Shown: one piece after another, positions 1 to 9,297 of the stretch
Position numbering within the stretch: the first letter of the stretch is position 1
How the letters are laid out: each line of letters begins with the position of its first letter
Assembly (NCBI GenBank): GCA_963841435.1
Contig: CAWJCS010000006.1
Coordinates: forward strand, 576,001 to 640,000
DNA length: 64,000 nucleotides
Direction of reading: 5' to 3'
DNA from: an uncultured delta proteobacterium
Lineage (GTDB): Bacteria; Myxococcota_A; Polyangia; Polyangiales; Polyangiaceae
The notes under the pieces: model-generated
The model's database searches: none
Told to the model about the DNA's origin: nothing
Seen by the model: the letters and a program-made list of their open reading frames with translations, nothing else
Position numbers and translations under genes: made by a program

Positions 1-2
1 AT

Positions 3-494
3 ATCGAGCCCTTTTTGGTGCGCTCGACCGTTGCGGCCATTCTCGCGCAGCGCCTCGTGCGGCGGCTGTGCGACGACTGCAAGGAGGCCTACACGGCGAC
101 GCCCTACGAGCTCGAGCAGATCGGCATCGATCCGGAGCGCACGCGGCGGCGGGACGAGCGGCGGCTGTCTCCGCGCTACGTCGCGCACGGTAGCGAATAC
201 TTCCCAGTCGGGTGGCGCCAGCCGGGGTTGCCCACCTTTTACCGGCCGAAGGGCTGCGACAGTTGTGACGGCAAGGGATTCATCGGGCGGTTCGGCATCT
301 ACGAGCTCTTGGTGGCAGACAACGTCGTGGGTCGCCTCGTGCTCGACAACTCGGATGCGCGCACGATCAAGCGAGCCGCCCAGACCCAGGGCATGGACAC
401 GCTGCGTGACGACGGCGCCCGCAAGGTGCTCGAAGGGCGCACGACGGTCGAGGAAATCGTCGCCGCGACGCAGGACGACGTCGTCGTCGACTAG
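3..494 (+). CDS. gspE: T2SS ATPase GspE, C-terminal part (5' end outside window)
   Basis: IEPFLVRSTVAAILAQRLVRRLC, CxxC...CxxC zinc motif, GRFGIYELL, GMDTLRDDG..KVLEGRTTVEE; directly upstream of gspF. Confidence 0.93.
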   Translation: MEPFLVRSTVAAILAQRLVRRLCDDCKEAYTATPYELEQIGIDPERTRRRDERRLSPRYVAHGSEYFPVGWRQPGLPTFYRPKGCDSCDGKGFIGRFGIYELLVADNVVGRLVLDNSDARTIKRAAQTQGMDTLRDDGARKVLEGRTTVEEIVAATQDDVVVD

Positions 495-505
495 GACCAT
501 GAGCC

Positions 506-1732
506 GTGGCGGTCTTCGAGTTCCGCGGAGTCGAGGTAGCGAGCGGGAAGTCCGTCAAGGGCTTCCGCGACGCGGAGAACCCGAGAGGGCTGCGCGCGAT
601 GCTGCGCCGCGAGGGCATCTTGCTCACGCAGGCGACGGAAGAGAGCGAGCGCGAGGCACGGGCGAAGCGAAACGTCGACCCTCTGGCGGTGTTTCGACGG
701 CCGAGCGGCTCGGACGTCGCCGTGATGACGCGGCAGCTCGCGACGCTCGTGCGCGCCGGCGTGCCGCTCGTGGAGTCGATCCAGGCGCTCACCGAGCAGG
801 TGGAAAACGAGCAGCTCGTGCGCATTCTCACGAACGTGCGCGAGAGTCTCAACGAGGGCACGAGCTTCGCGAAGAGCCTCGAGGCACACCCACGCGTGTT
901 CCAGGCGCTCTACGTCAACATGGTGGCTGCGGGCGAGGCGTCGGGCACGCTCGAGGCCGTGCTCGAACGGCTCGCAGACTTCATGGAGGGCCAGGCGCGG
1001 CTGCGCGGCAAGGTGGCGGGCGCGCTCGCCTATCCAGTTTTGATGGCGGTGATCGGCTCGGGGCTCGTGGGCTTTCTGATGGTGGCCGTCGTTCCCAAGG
1101 TGACGAGCGTGTTCGACAGCCTCGGCCAGGCGCTCCCCTGGTACACGCAGCTTCTGATCACGGTCTCGAGCGTCGTGGCCGGCTACTGGTGGCTGTTGCT
1201 CGGCACGCTCGCCCTGTCGATCTACCTGTTCCGGCGCTGGAAGCGCACGCCGAAGGGAAAGATGCGCTGGGACGCGTTTCGGCTGCGGGCGCCGCTTTTC
1301 GGCCGGCTCACGCAGCTCGTGGCCGTGGCGCGCTTCGCGCGAACGCTCTCGACGCTCTTGTCGAGCGGCGTGCAGCTCTTGCAGGCGATGGAGATCGGGC
1401 GGCACGTGCTCGAAAATGCCCGCCTCGAGGCCGTCATCGCGGAGGCGATTGGCTCGATCCGGGGCGGCGAGAGCATCGCGGAGCCGCTCAAGCGCAGCAA
1501 GGCGTTCCCCCCGATGGTCACGCACATGATCGCCGTCGGCGAGAAGACCGGCCAGCTCGAGGCCATGCTCGAAAACGTGAGCCGCTCGTACGAGGCCGAC
1601 GTCGAGACGCGCGTCACGGCGCTCACGAGTCTGCTCGAGCCGATCATGATCGTCTTGCTCGGCGGCGCGGTGGGCTTCATCGCCATGGCCATCCTCATGC
1701 CGCTCATCCAGATGAATCAGCTGGTGGAGTGA
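506..1732 (+). CDS. gspF: T2SS inner-membrane platform protein GspF
   Basis: TRQLATLVRAGVPL, YVNMVAAGEASGTL, MIAVGEKTGQLEAML; two T2SSF repeats and three TM segments. Confidence 0.95.
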   Translation: MAVFEFRGVEVASGKSVKGFRDAENPRGLRAMLRREGILLTQATEESEREARAKRNVDPLAVFRRPSGSDVAVMTRQLATLVRAGVPLVESIQALTEQVENEQLVRILTNVRESLNEGTSFAKSLEAHPRVFQALYVNMVAAGEASGTLEAVLERLADFMEGQARLRGKVAGALAYPVLMAVIGSGLVGFLMVAVVPKVTSVFDSLGQALPWYTQLLITVSSVVAGYWWLLLGTLALSIYLFRRWKRTPKGKMRWDAFRLRAPLFGRLTQLVAVARFARTLSTLLSSGVQLLQAMEIGRHVLENARLEAVIAEAIGSIRGGESIAEPLKRSKAFPPMVTHMIAVGEKTGQLEAMLENVSRSYEADVETRVTALTSLLEPIMIVLLGGAVGFIAMAILMPLIQMNQLVE

Positions 1733-1735
1733 ACG

Positions 1736-2146
1736 ATGGCGAGCTCTTCCCGCGTGCCGCGCCTGTTCTTCCCGTGGGAGGGGAGGCGCGGCCTCAGGCG
1801 CTTTTTCCGCTTCGGACCGCTCAGGCCGTTCCTGTTCGTCGCCCTGGTCACCGCTTTCGTGATGCTCGTCGGGGCTCGCGAGCGGCGCGCCGCCGGCGTG
1901 CGACAGACCCGCGCGACGCTGCTCGGCGCGCGGCGCTCGGTCGAGGCGTACGTCGCCGACCACGACGGGGGGTGCCCGCCGTCGCTGGAGGCGGTCACGG
2001 AGCCGCTCAAGGGCGAAGGGCCGCCGCGCGACGCGTGGGGGCGTCCCCTGCGCCTGCGCTGCCCGGGCCGCTTCGATGGGGCAACCTACGAGCTCATGAG
2101 TGATGGACCGGACGGGGAACCCGGCGGTCTCGATCGAATCGAATGA
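1736..2146 (+). CDS. GspG-like pseudopilin-domain protein without a prepilin cleavage motif
   Basis: C-terminal DAWGRP...YELMSDGPDGEPG resembles the GspG domain; N-terminal TM but no G|FTLxE. Confidence 0.65.
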   Translation: MASSSRVPRLFFPWEGRRGLRRFFRFGPLRPFLFVALVTAFVMLVGARERRAAGVRQTRATLLGARRSVEAYVADHDGGCPPSLEAVTEPLKGEGPPRDAWGRPLRLRCPGRFDGATYELMSDGPDGEPGGLDRIE

Positions 2147-2159
2147 ACACGAGGAACCG

Positions 2160-2600
2160 ATGATGAGTGTTTTCCGAGTTTCCAATTCCATGCTGGCCCG
2201 CGCGCTCCGTGTGAGGCGGCGTCGCGGCGTGACGCTGTTCGAGGTGCTGATCGTCGTGGCCATCCTGGCGATGGTCGCGGGCGGCGTCGCCTTCTTCGCG
2301 CTCCCGAAGTTCAAGGAAGCGCAAGTGAAGACCGCGGAGGGCGCGGCGCGCGTGATCCGCCAGGCCGCGCAGTCCTGGCAGGCCACGAACAACGAGAGCA
2401 GCTGCCCGACCGTGAGCCAGCTCGTGCAGGACAAACTGCTCGACCCCGGCCAGAACACGGCCGATCCTTGGGGGCAGGCCTTCTCGCTGAGCTGCAGTGA
2501 CGACGACGTCACGGTCACGTCGAGCGGCCCCGACAAGAAGAAGGGCACCAAGGACGACGTGATGGTGCCGAAGGGCGCCACGCCGACCGGCGGAGAGTGA
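2160..2600 (+). CDS. gspG: Major pseudopilin GspG
   Basis: RG|VTLFEVLIVVAIL prepilin site; DPWG..F...VTSSGPDKKKGTKDD. Confidence 0.85.
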   Translation: MMSVFRVSNSMLARALRVRRRRGVTLFEVLIVVAILAMVAGGVAFFALPKFKEAQVKTAEGAARVIRQAAQSWQATNNESSCPTVSQLVQDKLLDPGQNTADPWGQAFSLSCSDDDVTVTSSGPDKKKGTKDDVMVPKGATPTGGE

Positions 2601-2603
2601 CGA

Positions 2604-3296
2604 GTGCGCTTTGCCCGAGCCCGAGCCCGCCTGCGCGGGGTGACGCTGGTCGAGGTGCTGATCGTGGTCGCCTTGATCGCGATCCTCTCGGGCGCGGTGG
2701 CGTTCGGGTCCGGCATGTTGAAGTCCACGCGGCTCAAGAGCGCGAGCACGTTGATTGCGAGCGCCGTGCGGCTCGGGCTCGCGCGCGCCAACAATTCCGG
2801 CCACCCGACCCGCCTCGTGCTCGACCTCGAGCATCAGCGCGTCCTGCTCGAGGAAGCGACCGGCTCGCGCATGTTGCGCGAGAACGAGGCCCCCGCGGCG
2901 GGGGCCGAGGCCGCGACGGAGGCGGAGCAAGCCGCCAAGGCCGAGAGCGATCGCATCCTGGACGGCCCTCACGCGCCGCGCGCGAGCTTCTATCCCGTGC
3001 GGCAGTTCTCCGACACACCCGATGGGCGTGACCTCGGCAGCGGCGTCGCGATCGCGTCCGTGCAGACGGAGCACGACGACGAGCCCGTCACGGCGGGCAC
3101 GGGTTACGTCTACTTCTGGCCCGGCGGAATCACCGAGCGAGCGTACATCCAGCTCAAGCGTTCCGGGGCCGACGAGGCGCTCACCGTGATCGTCAGCGCG
3201 CTCACGGGGCGCACGCGCATCGAGCGCGGGCTCGTCGAGATGCCCGAGCCGCGCACCGACGAAGAGAAGGACCAAGGCGAGCGAGCGGAGCCATGA
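2604..3296 (+). CDS. gspH: Minor pseudopilin GspH
   Basis: RG|VTLVEVLIVVALIAIL; YFWPGG...LTGRTRI GspH-like C-terminus; position in operon. Confidence 0.8.
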   Translation: MRFARARARLRGVTLVEVLIVVALIAILSGAVAFGSGMLKSTRLKSASTLIASAVRLGLARANNSGHPTRLVLDLEHQRVLLEEATGSRMLRENEAPAAGAEAATEAEQAAKAESDRILDGPHAPRASFYPVRQFSDTPDGRDLGSGVAIASVQTEHDDEPVTAGTGYVYFWPGGITERAYIQLKRSGADEALTVIVSALTGRTRIERGLVEMPEPRTDEEKDQGERAEP

Positions 3297-4007
3297 AGCG
3301 CGGCTTTACCCTGCTCGAAGTGCTGATGGCCATCGCGATCCTCGGCCTCGGTTTGTCGGTCTTGCTCGGCGCCCAGACGGGGCTGTTCGCCAACGCGAAC
3401 CGCGCCGAGCACATCAGCATTGCGACGGGGCTTGCGCGCTGCAAGATGAGCGAGGTCGAGCTCGAGTTGCTCCAGAAGGGCTATCCGCTCGTCGACGACG
3501 ACGGCGAGGGCGATTGCTGCCTGGGCGAAGCCCAGGAGGGCTTTCAGTGCCGGTGGAAGGTGTTGCGCGTGGAGCTGCCGGAGCCGCCGCCCGCCGACCT
3601 CGAAGGGGACGGTGGTCTCGACACCGAGTTCGACGGGCCCGCTCGGCGCGCTCGCTTCGCTCGAGCAGAATCGCGGGCAAGCGCTCGGAGAGAACCCCGA
3701 CATCGGCGCGCTCGCTTCGGAGCTCGGCGGCGCCGTCGGCGGCGGCGATGGGCTCGCCAGCATGGTGATGGGTTTCGTCTACCCGAGCCTCAAGCCCGTG
3801 CTCGAGGCGAGCATACGTAAGGTCATCGTGACCGTCGAATGGCACGAGGGGTCGCGCGAGCGGACGCTCGACGTGACCCAGTACCTCACGAATCCACAAC
3901 TCCCGACGGAAGAGGAGCTCGACGGCGGCGTCGGGGCGCTCGGCGGACTCGGCGCTTCACCGACGACGGGTGGCGCGACGACCGGGACACCGGCGGGGAC
4001 TGAATGA
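3293..4007 (+). CDS. gspI: Minor pseudopilin GspI (one apparent +1 frameshift near 3624)
   Basis: MKRG|FTLLEVLMAIAIL in the 3293 frame; C-terminus IRKVIVTVEW..RTLDVTQYLT in the 3612..4007 frame. Confidence 0.75.
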
Positions 4008-4718
4008 AGCGTCGAAGAAGCCCGGGAACACTCGCTTTCACGCTCGTCGAGCTGCTCGTCGCCGTGTCCGTGCTCGCGTTCATCACCATGCTGCTCTACG
4101 GCGCCTTCTCCGGCATGAAGCGCACGCGCGACGGCCTCGCGCGCACGCAAGCGCGTTACCGCGAGGGTCGCATCGCGCTGACGCGTTTCGTGCGCGATCT
4201 CGAGAGTGCCTACATCTCCGCGCATGCGCCGCTCAATGAACAGCTCGCTGTGCAGAAGACGGCCTTCATGGGCCATCTCGGCAATCCTGCGGATCGCATC
4301 GACTTCAACGCCTTCTCCAACGTGCGCCGCGATCGCGACTCGCACGTGACCGACCAGCTCGAAGTCTCCTATTTCGGCGGCGAGAGCCTCGACGAGCCGG
4401 GCACCACCGATCTGCTCCGAAGGAGCAGCACGACCCTCGACGACAAGCCCGACGAGGGGGGTCGCGTTCAACGTGATCGCCACCGACATCGACCTGTTCG
4501 ACCTTTCCTACCTCGACCCCACGACGAGCCTGTGGTCCGACACCTGGGACACGACGCAGGCGGCCGGGCAACCGAACCGGTTGCCACTCCAGGTTCGCGT
4601 CACGCTCGTCTTGAACGGTGGTCGCCGTAGCTCGTCGGACCGAGGGCGAGGGAAGCTGAAGTTCACGACGACGGTGCTCCTTCCCATCCAGCAGCCCCTG
4701 AGCTTCGCCACGCAATGA
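4004..4718 (+). CDS. gspJ: Minor pseudopilin GspJ (one apparent +1 frameshift near 4468)
   Basis: A|FTLVELLVAVSVL; continues as NVIATDIDLFDLSYLD..WSDTWD..RLPLQVRVTL in the 4473..4718 frame. Confidence 0.78.
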
Positions 4719-6121
4719 TCCGTGCCCAGAACCACTACCGAGCCTATCGCCGACGCGGCCCGCGCCGTGGCGTGGCGCTCATCCTCGTGCTCGGCGCGCT
4801 CACGATCCTCACGGTGATGCTCACGGAAAGTCAGGACGAGAGCTCGTCCGATTTCGCGGGCGCGCTCTCGACGCGTGACCAGCTCATTGCCGAGTATGCT
4901 GCCAAGAGCGCCGTCAACCTCTCGCGGCTGCTAATTGCGGCCGAGCCGACGATCCGCTTGTCCGTGGGGCCAATCATGATGATGCTCATGCCGGGCGGCC
5001 CGCCGCCGCAGATCCCCGTGTGGGCCCACGCTGATCGCGCGCTCGGCGCCTTCAACGATCCAGAAGGGCTCAAGGGCTTCGCGTCCCTCGCCGGTGTCAA
5101 CACCAAGCTCGGCAAGAACCTCGGATTCGACGGCGCCGGCTTCGAGATCGTGATCGTCGACGAGGATTCGAAGATCAACGTCAACGCGTCGGCGCGCGGC
5201 GAGGCGTTCTCGAAGGCCCGGCTCGGAGCGCAGCTGGCGGGCCTGATGGGAGGGCCCCAGTACGATCCGCTCTTTTCGAACCGCGACGCGGACGGTCAGT
5301 TCTCGGATCGGGCGACCATCTGCGCCGCCATCATCGACTGGGCCGATCCGGATCAAGATCAGGACAGTGCCTTCTGCGACCTCACCTCGGCGACCGCGCA
5401 AGCCACGGCGCCGGAGGACTCGTTTTACACGCGCCTGCCGCAACCCTACGAGCGCAAGAACGCCGCCTTCGACAGCCTCGAGGAGCTCCGTCGCGTGCGC
5501 GGCATGAGCGAGGACTTCTGGTCGACTTTCGTCGACCCCAGTCCCGACGATCCGGAAAAACGGGTGCTCACGGTGTGGGGGCAGGGTGCCGTCAACGTGA
5601 ACACGGCCAACGCCCAGACGATTCTCGCGCTCATCTGCTCCCAGGTGGATCTAGACCAGACGCCGATGTGCGCCGACCCAGCCGAGGCGTCGAAATTCCT
5701 GATGGCTCTCACGATGGTGCGCGGCTTCACGCGCGGCGCGCCCCTGTTCGGCTCGCCGAAGGTGTTCATCAACGCCCTCAAGGGCAAAGGCATGTTCGGA
5801 GGGATCATCGCCTCCCTCGGCGTCCAGCCGGTCCGTCTCAAGTCGGACGCGGAGTTCGAGAAGCTCGTGAGCACCGAGAGCAAGGTCTTCAGCATCTACG
5901 CCACGGGGCACGTCGGCTCGGGGACCCGGGAAACCCGGCTTTCCCTGCACGTCGTCGTCGATTTTCGCAACGCGCCTCCACCCGGCATCGACCCCCGCGC
6001 CGTCGCCCTCGCCAAGGGCCTCGCCGAGGCGACCGATCCCACGGGCGCCCAGGAACAGGCCATCGACGCGGTGCTCAAGCCCCAGTCCGGGGGCTCCATC
6101 GTGTACTTTAGGCAGAACTAG
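4715..6121 (+). CDS. gspK: Minor pseudopilin GspK
   Basis: RG|VALILVLGAL, DEDSKINVN, AIIDWAD, KNAAFDSLEELRRVRG, VNVNTA. Confidence 0.9.
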   Translation: MIRAQNHYRAYRRRGPRRGVALILVLGALTILTVMLTESQDESSSDFAGALSTRDQLIAEYAAKSAVNLSRLLIAAEPTIRLSVGPIMMMLMPGGPPPQIPVWAHADRALGAFNDPEGLKGFASLAGVNTKLGKNLGFDGAGFEIVIVDEDSKINVNASARGEAFSKARLGAQLAGLMGGPQYDPLFSNRDADGQFSDRATICAAIIDWADPDQDQDSAFCDLTSATAQATAPEDSFYTRLPQPYERKNAAFDSLEELRRVRGMSEDFWSTFVDPSPDDPEKRVLTVWGQGAVNVNTANAQTILALICSQVDLDQTPMCADPAEASKFLMALTMVRGFTRGAPLFGSPKVFINALKGKGMFGGIIASLGVQPVRLKSDAEFEKLVSTESKVFSIYATGHVGSGTRETRLSLHVVVDFRNAPPPGIDPRAVALAKGLAEATDPTGAQEQAIDAVLKPQSGGSIVYFRQN

Positions 6122-6136
6122 AAGAGAGCACCGGTC

Positions 6137-7639
6137 ATGGGACGTTTTCTCGGCATCGACATCGGCTCGCGCGTCGTCAACGTGGCGCTGCTCGACGTGG
6201 GCTACCGTCGGCTATCCGTCGTGGCGCTCGCCGAGGCGGGCGTCGAGGGCGCGCCGTCGCTCGAGGACGTGCTCCGCGCCGTGGCCGGGCCGCTCATGGA
6301 GCACGTGGACGCGATCGGCGTGGCGATCGACGGCGATCTCACGTTCACGCACCGTCTGACGCTGCCGCCCACGGCGCTTCGGCAGATCGACGAGATCCTC
6401 GCGTTCGAGCTCGAGAGCGCGTTACCCGTCGAGCTCGAGGACATCGTGTTCGGCTACCGTGTGCTCAGGCGCAAGGGCCCAAAGGACCCGCTGGTCGTTC
6501 TTGCGGGGGCCGCGCGCACCGAGCACGTGCGCGCCCGCATCGATCTCGTGAAGAAGGCGCTCGGGCGAGAGCCGGACCGTGTCGGGCACGGCGGTATCGC
6601 GCTCTCGAACCTCGCGGGCGTGACGCCCGAGCTAAGGACGACGGAGCCCGTGGCGCTCGTCGACCTCGGCGGCCACCGCACGGAGGTCACCGTGCTCGTC
6701 GACGGGGAAGCCGTGTCTGCGCGCACGCTGTCGCGCGGCGTGAGCAGCCTGCCCGCGGGCGCCCCCCAGCTGGCTGCCGAGCTCCGCCAGTCGCTGCTCG
6801 GCTGGGTTGCCGAGGGTGGCGCCGAGGTGCGCTCGGTGTACCTCGTGGGCGGCGGTGCCCAGGCGAGCGGCGCCGAAACCTACTTCGCGTACGAGCTCGG
6901 CGTCCCCGTGGTGGCCCTGCCGCGGCCGGCGCTCGAGGGCGTCAACCCCGACCAAGTGTCCTCGCTGCCGCGCTTCGCGAAAGCTATCGCGCTCGCGCTC
7001 GGCGCGGCGGGGCGTGGTCACGACATCGACCTCAGGAAGGGGCCGCTCTCCTTCCAGCGGGGCTTCTCGTTTCTCAAGGAGAAGGCCCCGCTTCTCATCG
7101 GGCTCGGCGGCGCGGTGGCGGTGAGCTTCCTGTTCGCGGTGTGGGCGGAGCTTCGCGCCATCGGCAAGGATCTGGACGCCGCGTCGAGTGACCTCGAGCG
7201 GGTCACGGAGCTTGCCTTCGAGCGCCCCACGCGCGACGCGCTCGAAGCGCTCGACATGCTCGAACAGGCCAAAAATCCGCCGGAGAGCGACCCCATGCCG
7301 CGCCTCGACGCCTTCGACGTCATGGTCGAGCTCTCGAAGGCGATCCCGGTTTCCGTCACGAGCGACATCGAAGAGCTCGACATGCAGCGCGGGCACGTGC
7401 GCGTGCAAGGCGTCGTGGGCTCGACCGCCGACGCGTCGCTCGTGCGCGACAAGATCGCCGAAAGCCAATGCGTCGTCGATGCCAAGATCGGCAAGGTCAC
7501 TCAGGTGATCAACGGCACGCGGCAAAAATACGTGCTCGAATACGATTTGAAGTGCCCCGGTGAAGGCGGCACCAAGAAGAAGACGACGGACAAGGCCGGC
7601 GAAGGCACCTCCGAAGACCAGGACAAGGGCGAGCCATGA
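6137..7639 (+). CDS. gspL: GspL (PilM-like actin-fold cytoplasmic domain, TM, periplasmic domain)
   Basis: LGIDIGSR, ALVDLGG..T, VYLVGGGA; single TM; position after gspK. Confidence 0.75.
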   Translation: MGRFLGIDIGSRVVNVALLDVGYRRLSVVALAEAGVEGAPSLEDVLRAVAGPLMEHVDAIGVAIDGDLTFTHRLTLPPTALRQIDEILAFELESALPVELEDIVFGYRVLRRKGPKDPLVVLAGAARTEHVRARIDLVKKALGREPDRVGHGGIALSNLAGVTPELRTTEPVALVDLGGHRTEVTVLVDGEAVSARTLSRGVSSLPAGAPQLAAELRQSLLGWVAEGGAEVRSVYLVGGGAQASGAETYFAYELGVPVVALPRPALEGVNPDQVSSLPRFAKAIALALGAAGRGHDIDLRKGPLSFQRGFSFLKEKAPLLIGLGGAVAVSFLFAVWAELRAIGKDLDAASSDLERVTELAFERPTRDALEALDMLEQAKNPPESDPMPRLDAFDVMVELSKAIPVSVTSDIEELDMQRGHVRVQGVVGSTADASLVRDKIAESQCVVDAKIGKVTQVINGTRQKYVLEYDLKCPGEGGTKKKTTDKAGEGTSEDQDKGEP

Positions 7640-8256
7640 CGTTGCGCGAGCGTCTCGAACGACTGGAAGACCGCGAGCGTCGCCTGCTCGGGCTTGCGCT
7701 CGGCGTCGCCCTGCTCGGTGCCGTGCTGATCCCGCCGGCGGCGTTGCTCGCCGTGGTGCACGGGCGTCGCACGGACGTCAACGCCATCCGCGACGCCATC
7801 ACGGCGATCAACGACGACGCAGCGGCCGTCGAGCAGGCCCGCGCGGAAAAAGAAGCGATCACTCAGCGGTACGCACGCCCGGCGCCACAGCTCCAGGCCT
7901 TCCTGGCAAAGCTCGCGGGCGAGTCGGAGGTCGAGATCCCCGAAAGCCAGGACCGACAATCGGTGCCGCGTGGCAAACGTTTCGAGGAGCGGTCAACCAA
8001 GGTGACCTTGCGCAAGATCGGCATGCTCAAGCTCGTGAAGTTCCTCGAGCGCATCGAGCAATCCGGCTACCCCGTCAAGATCTCGCAGATCGACGTGCGC
8101 AAACGCGGCACCGAGCCCGACTCGTACGACGTCGACATGATCGTGAGCGCCTTCGATCGCAAAGCCGAACCCAAGGCCAAGGACGCGCTCGACGGCGGGG
8201 TCGCCACCTCGGGGAGCGCGACCGCGAAGGACGACTCGAGCGAGGACGAAAAGTGA
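7636..8256 (+). CDS. gspM: T2SS GspM-like protein
   Basis: LEDRERRLL followed by TM and coiled coil; LVKFLERIE; ATGA overlap with gspL. Confidence 0.72.
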   Translation: MTLRERLERLEDRERRLLGLALGVALLGAVLIPPAALLAVVHGRRTDVNAIRDAITAINDDAAAVEQARAEKEAITQRYARPAPQLQAFLAKLAGESEVEIPESQDRQSVPRGKRFEERSTKVTLRKIGMLKLVKFLERIEQSGYPVKISQIDVRKRGTEPDSYDVDMIVSAFDRKAEPKAKDALDGGVATSGSATAKDDSSEDEK

Positions 8257-9230
8257 CCCCGCGCCTGCGCAAGATATTGATCGGGGCCGGGTACGTGGTC
8301 GGATACCTCGTGCTCCTCATGATGTTCTTCTACCTGACGTTTCCGTACGATCGTTTGCGGGAACGCATCGTGAGGGACTTCAACGCACGCCAGACGGGTC
8401 CCGAGCCGATGCGGCTCGAGATCGACTCCATCAGCTCCTACTTTCTGAGTGGCGTGGAAGCGGAGGGGGTGCGGCTCGTCTCGAAGGCCGACGATTCGGC
8501 GCCGAAGGGCCAGAAAACCAAGGTGACGGGCATCGAGCAGGCCCACGCGCGGCTGTCGATCCTGGCGCTCCTCGTGGGGCGCCGCAAAGTGAGCTTCGGC
8601 GCGGACGCGTTCGGGGGCAGCGTCGACGGGACGATGGTCGACTCGGACGAGGAGCGCAACATCGACGTCGAGATCGACGCGGTCGACTTCGGTCAGACCC
8701 CGTTCCTCGCGGGCCTGCTCGGCATCCCGCTCGCGGGCGCGCTTTCCGGGACGATCCACCTCGTGGCGCCCGAGGCGCGGCTGAGTCGCGCCGAGGGCAA
8801 GCTTTCGCTCAAGGTGGCTGGTGTCACCGTGGGTGACGGCAAGGCCAAGATCCGCGACATCATCGCGCTGCCGAAGCTCGAAGCGGGTAACCTCGTCCTC
8901 GAAGCTGAGGTTACGAAAGGCCAGGTCAAGGTCACGGAGCTCAGCGCTCACGGTCCCGATCTCGATCTAACGGCCGACGGTACCATCCGCCTGCGTGATC
9001 AGCCCGATCAGAGCTTTCTGAACCTCTCGGCGGAGTTCAAGTTCACCGATCGCTTCACGAACAAGGATGACATCACGCGCGCCCTGTTCGGAAAATCCGG
9101 CGCTTTCGACCTCGATCCGAAGAACCGGCGCGCCAAGCGTCCCGACGGGTACTACGGCTGGCGCGTCACGGGGTCGCTGTCACGGGCGAACTTCACGCCG
9201 AACCCCGTGGCGCTGCCGAAGAAGAAGTGA
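8253..9230 (+). CDS. gspN: T2SS GspN
   Basis: N-terminal TM followed by FFYLTFPYDRL, beta-rich body; GTGA overlap with gspM; last gene of operon. Confidence 0.75.
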   Translation: MTPRLRKILIGAGYVVGYLVLLMMFFYLTFPYDRLRERIVRDFNARQTGPEPMRLEIDSISSYFLSGVEAEGVRLVSKADDSAPKGQKTKVTGIEQAHARLSILALLVGRRKVSFGADAFGGSVDGTMVDSDEERNIDVEIDAVDFGQTPFLAGLLGIPLAGALSGTIHLVAPEARLSRAEGKLSLKVAGVTVGDGKAKIRDIIALPKLEAGNLVLEAEVTKGQVKVTELSAHGPDLDLTADGTIRLRDQPDQSFLNLSAEFKFTDRFTNKDDITRALFGKSGAFDLDPKNRRAKRPDGYYGWRVTGSLSRANFTPNPVALPKKK

Positions 9231-9297
9231 GGCCGAGAACCGCGGCTTGGCCGTCTCCGGCGCGCGTGGCGACGCAGGGCCTGCTCGCCCCGCCGGC

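Noticed and set aside
3293-4718. Programmed frameshifting or phase variation in gspI/gspJ
   Set aside because: No slippery heptamer or long homopolymer at the inferred sites; same +1 pattern as the errors elsewhere
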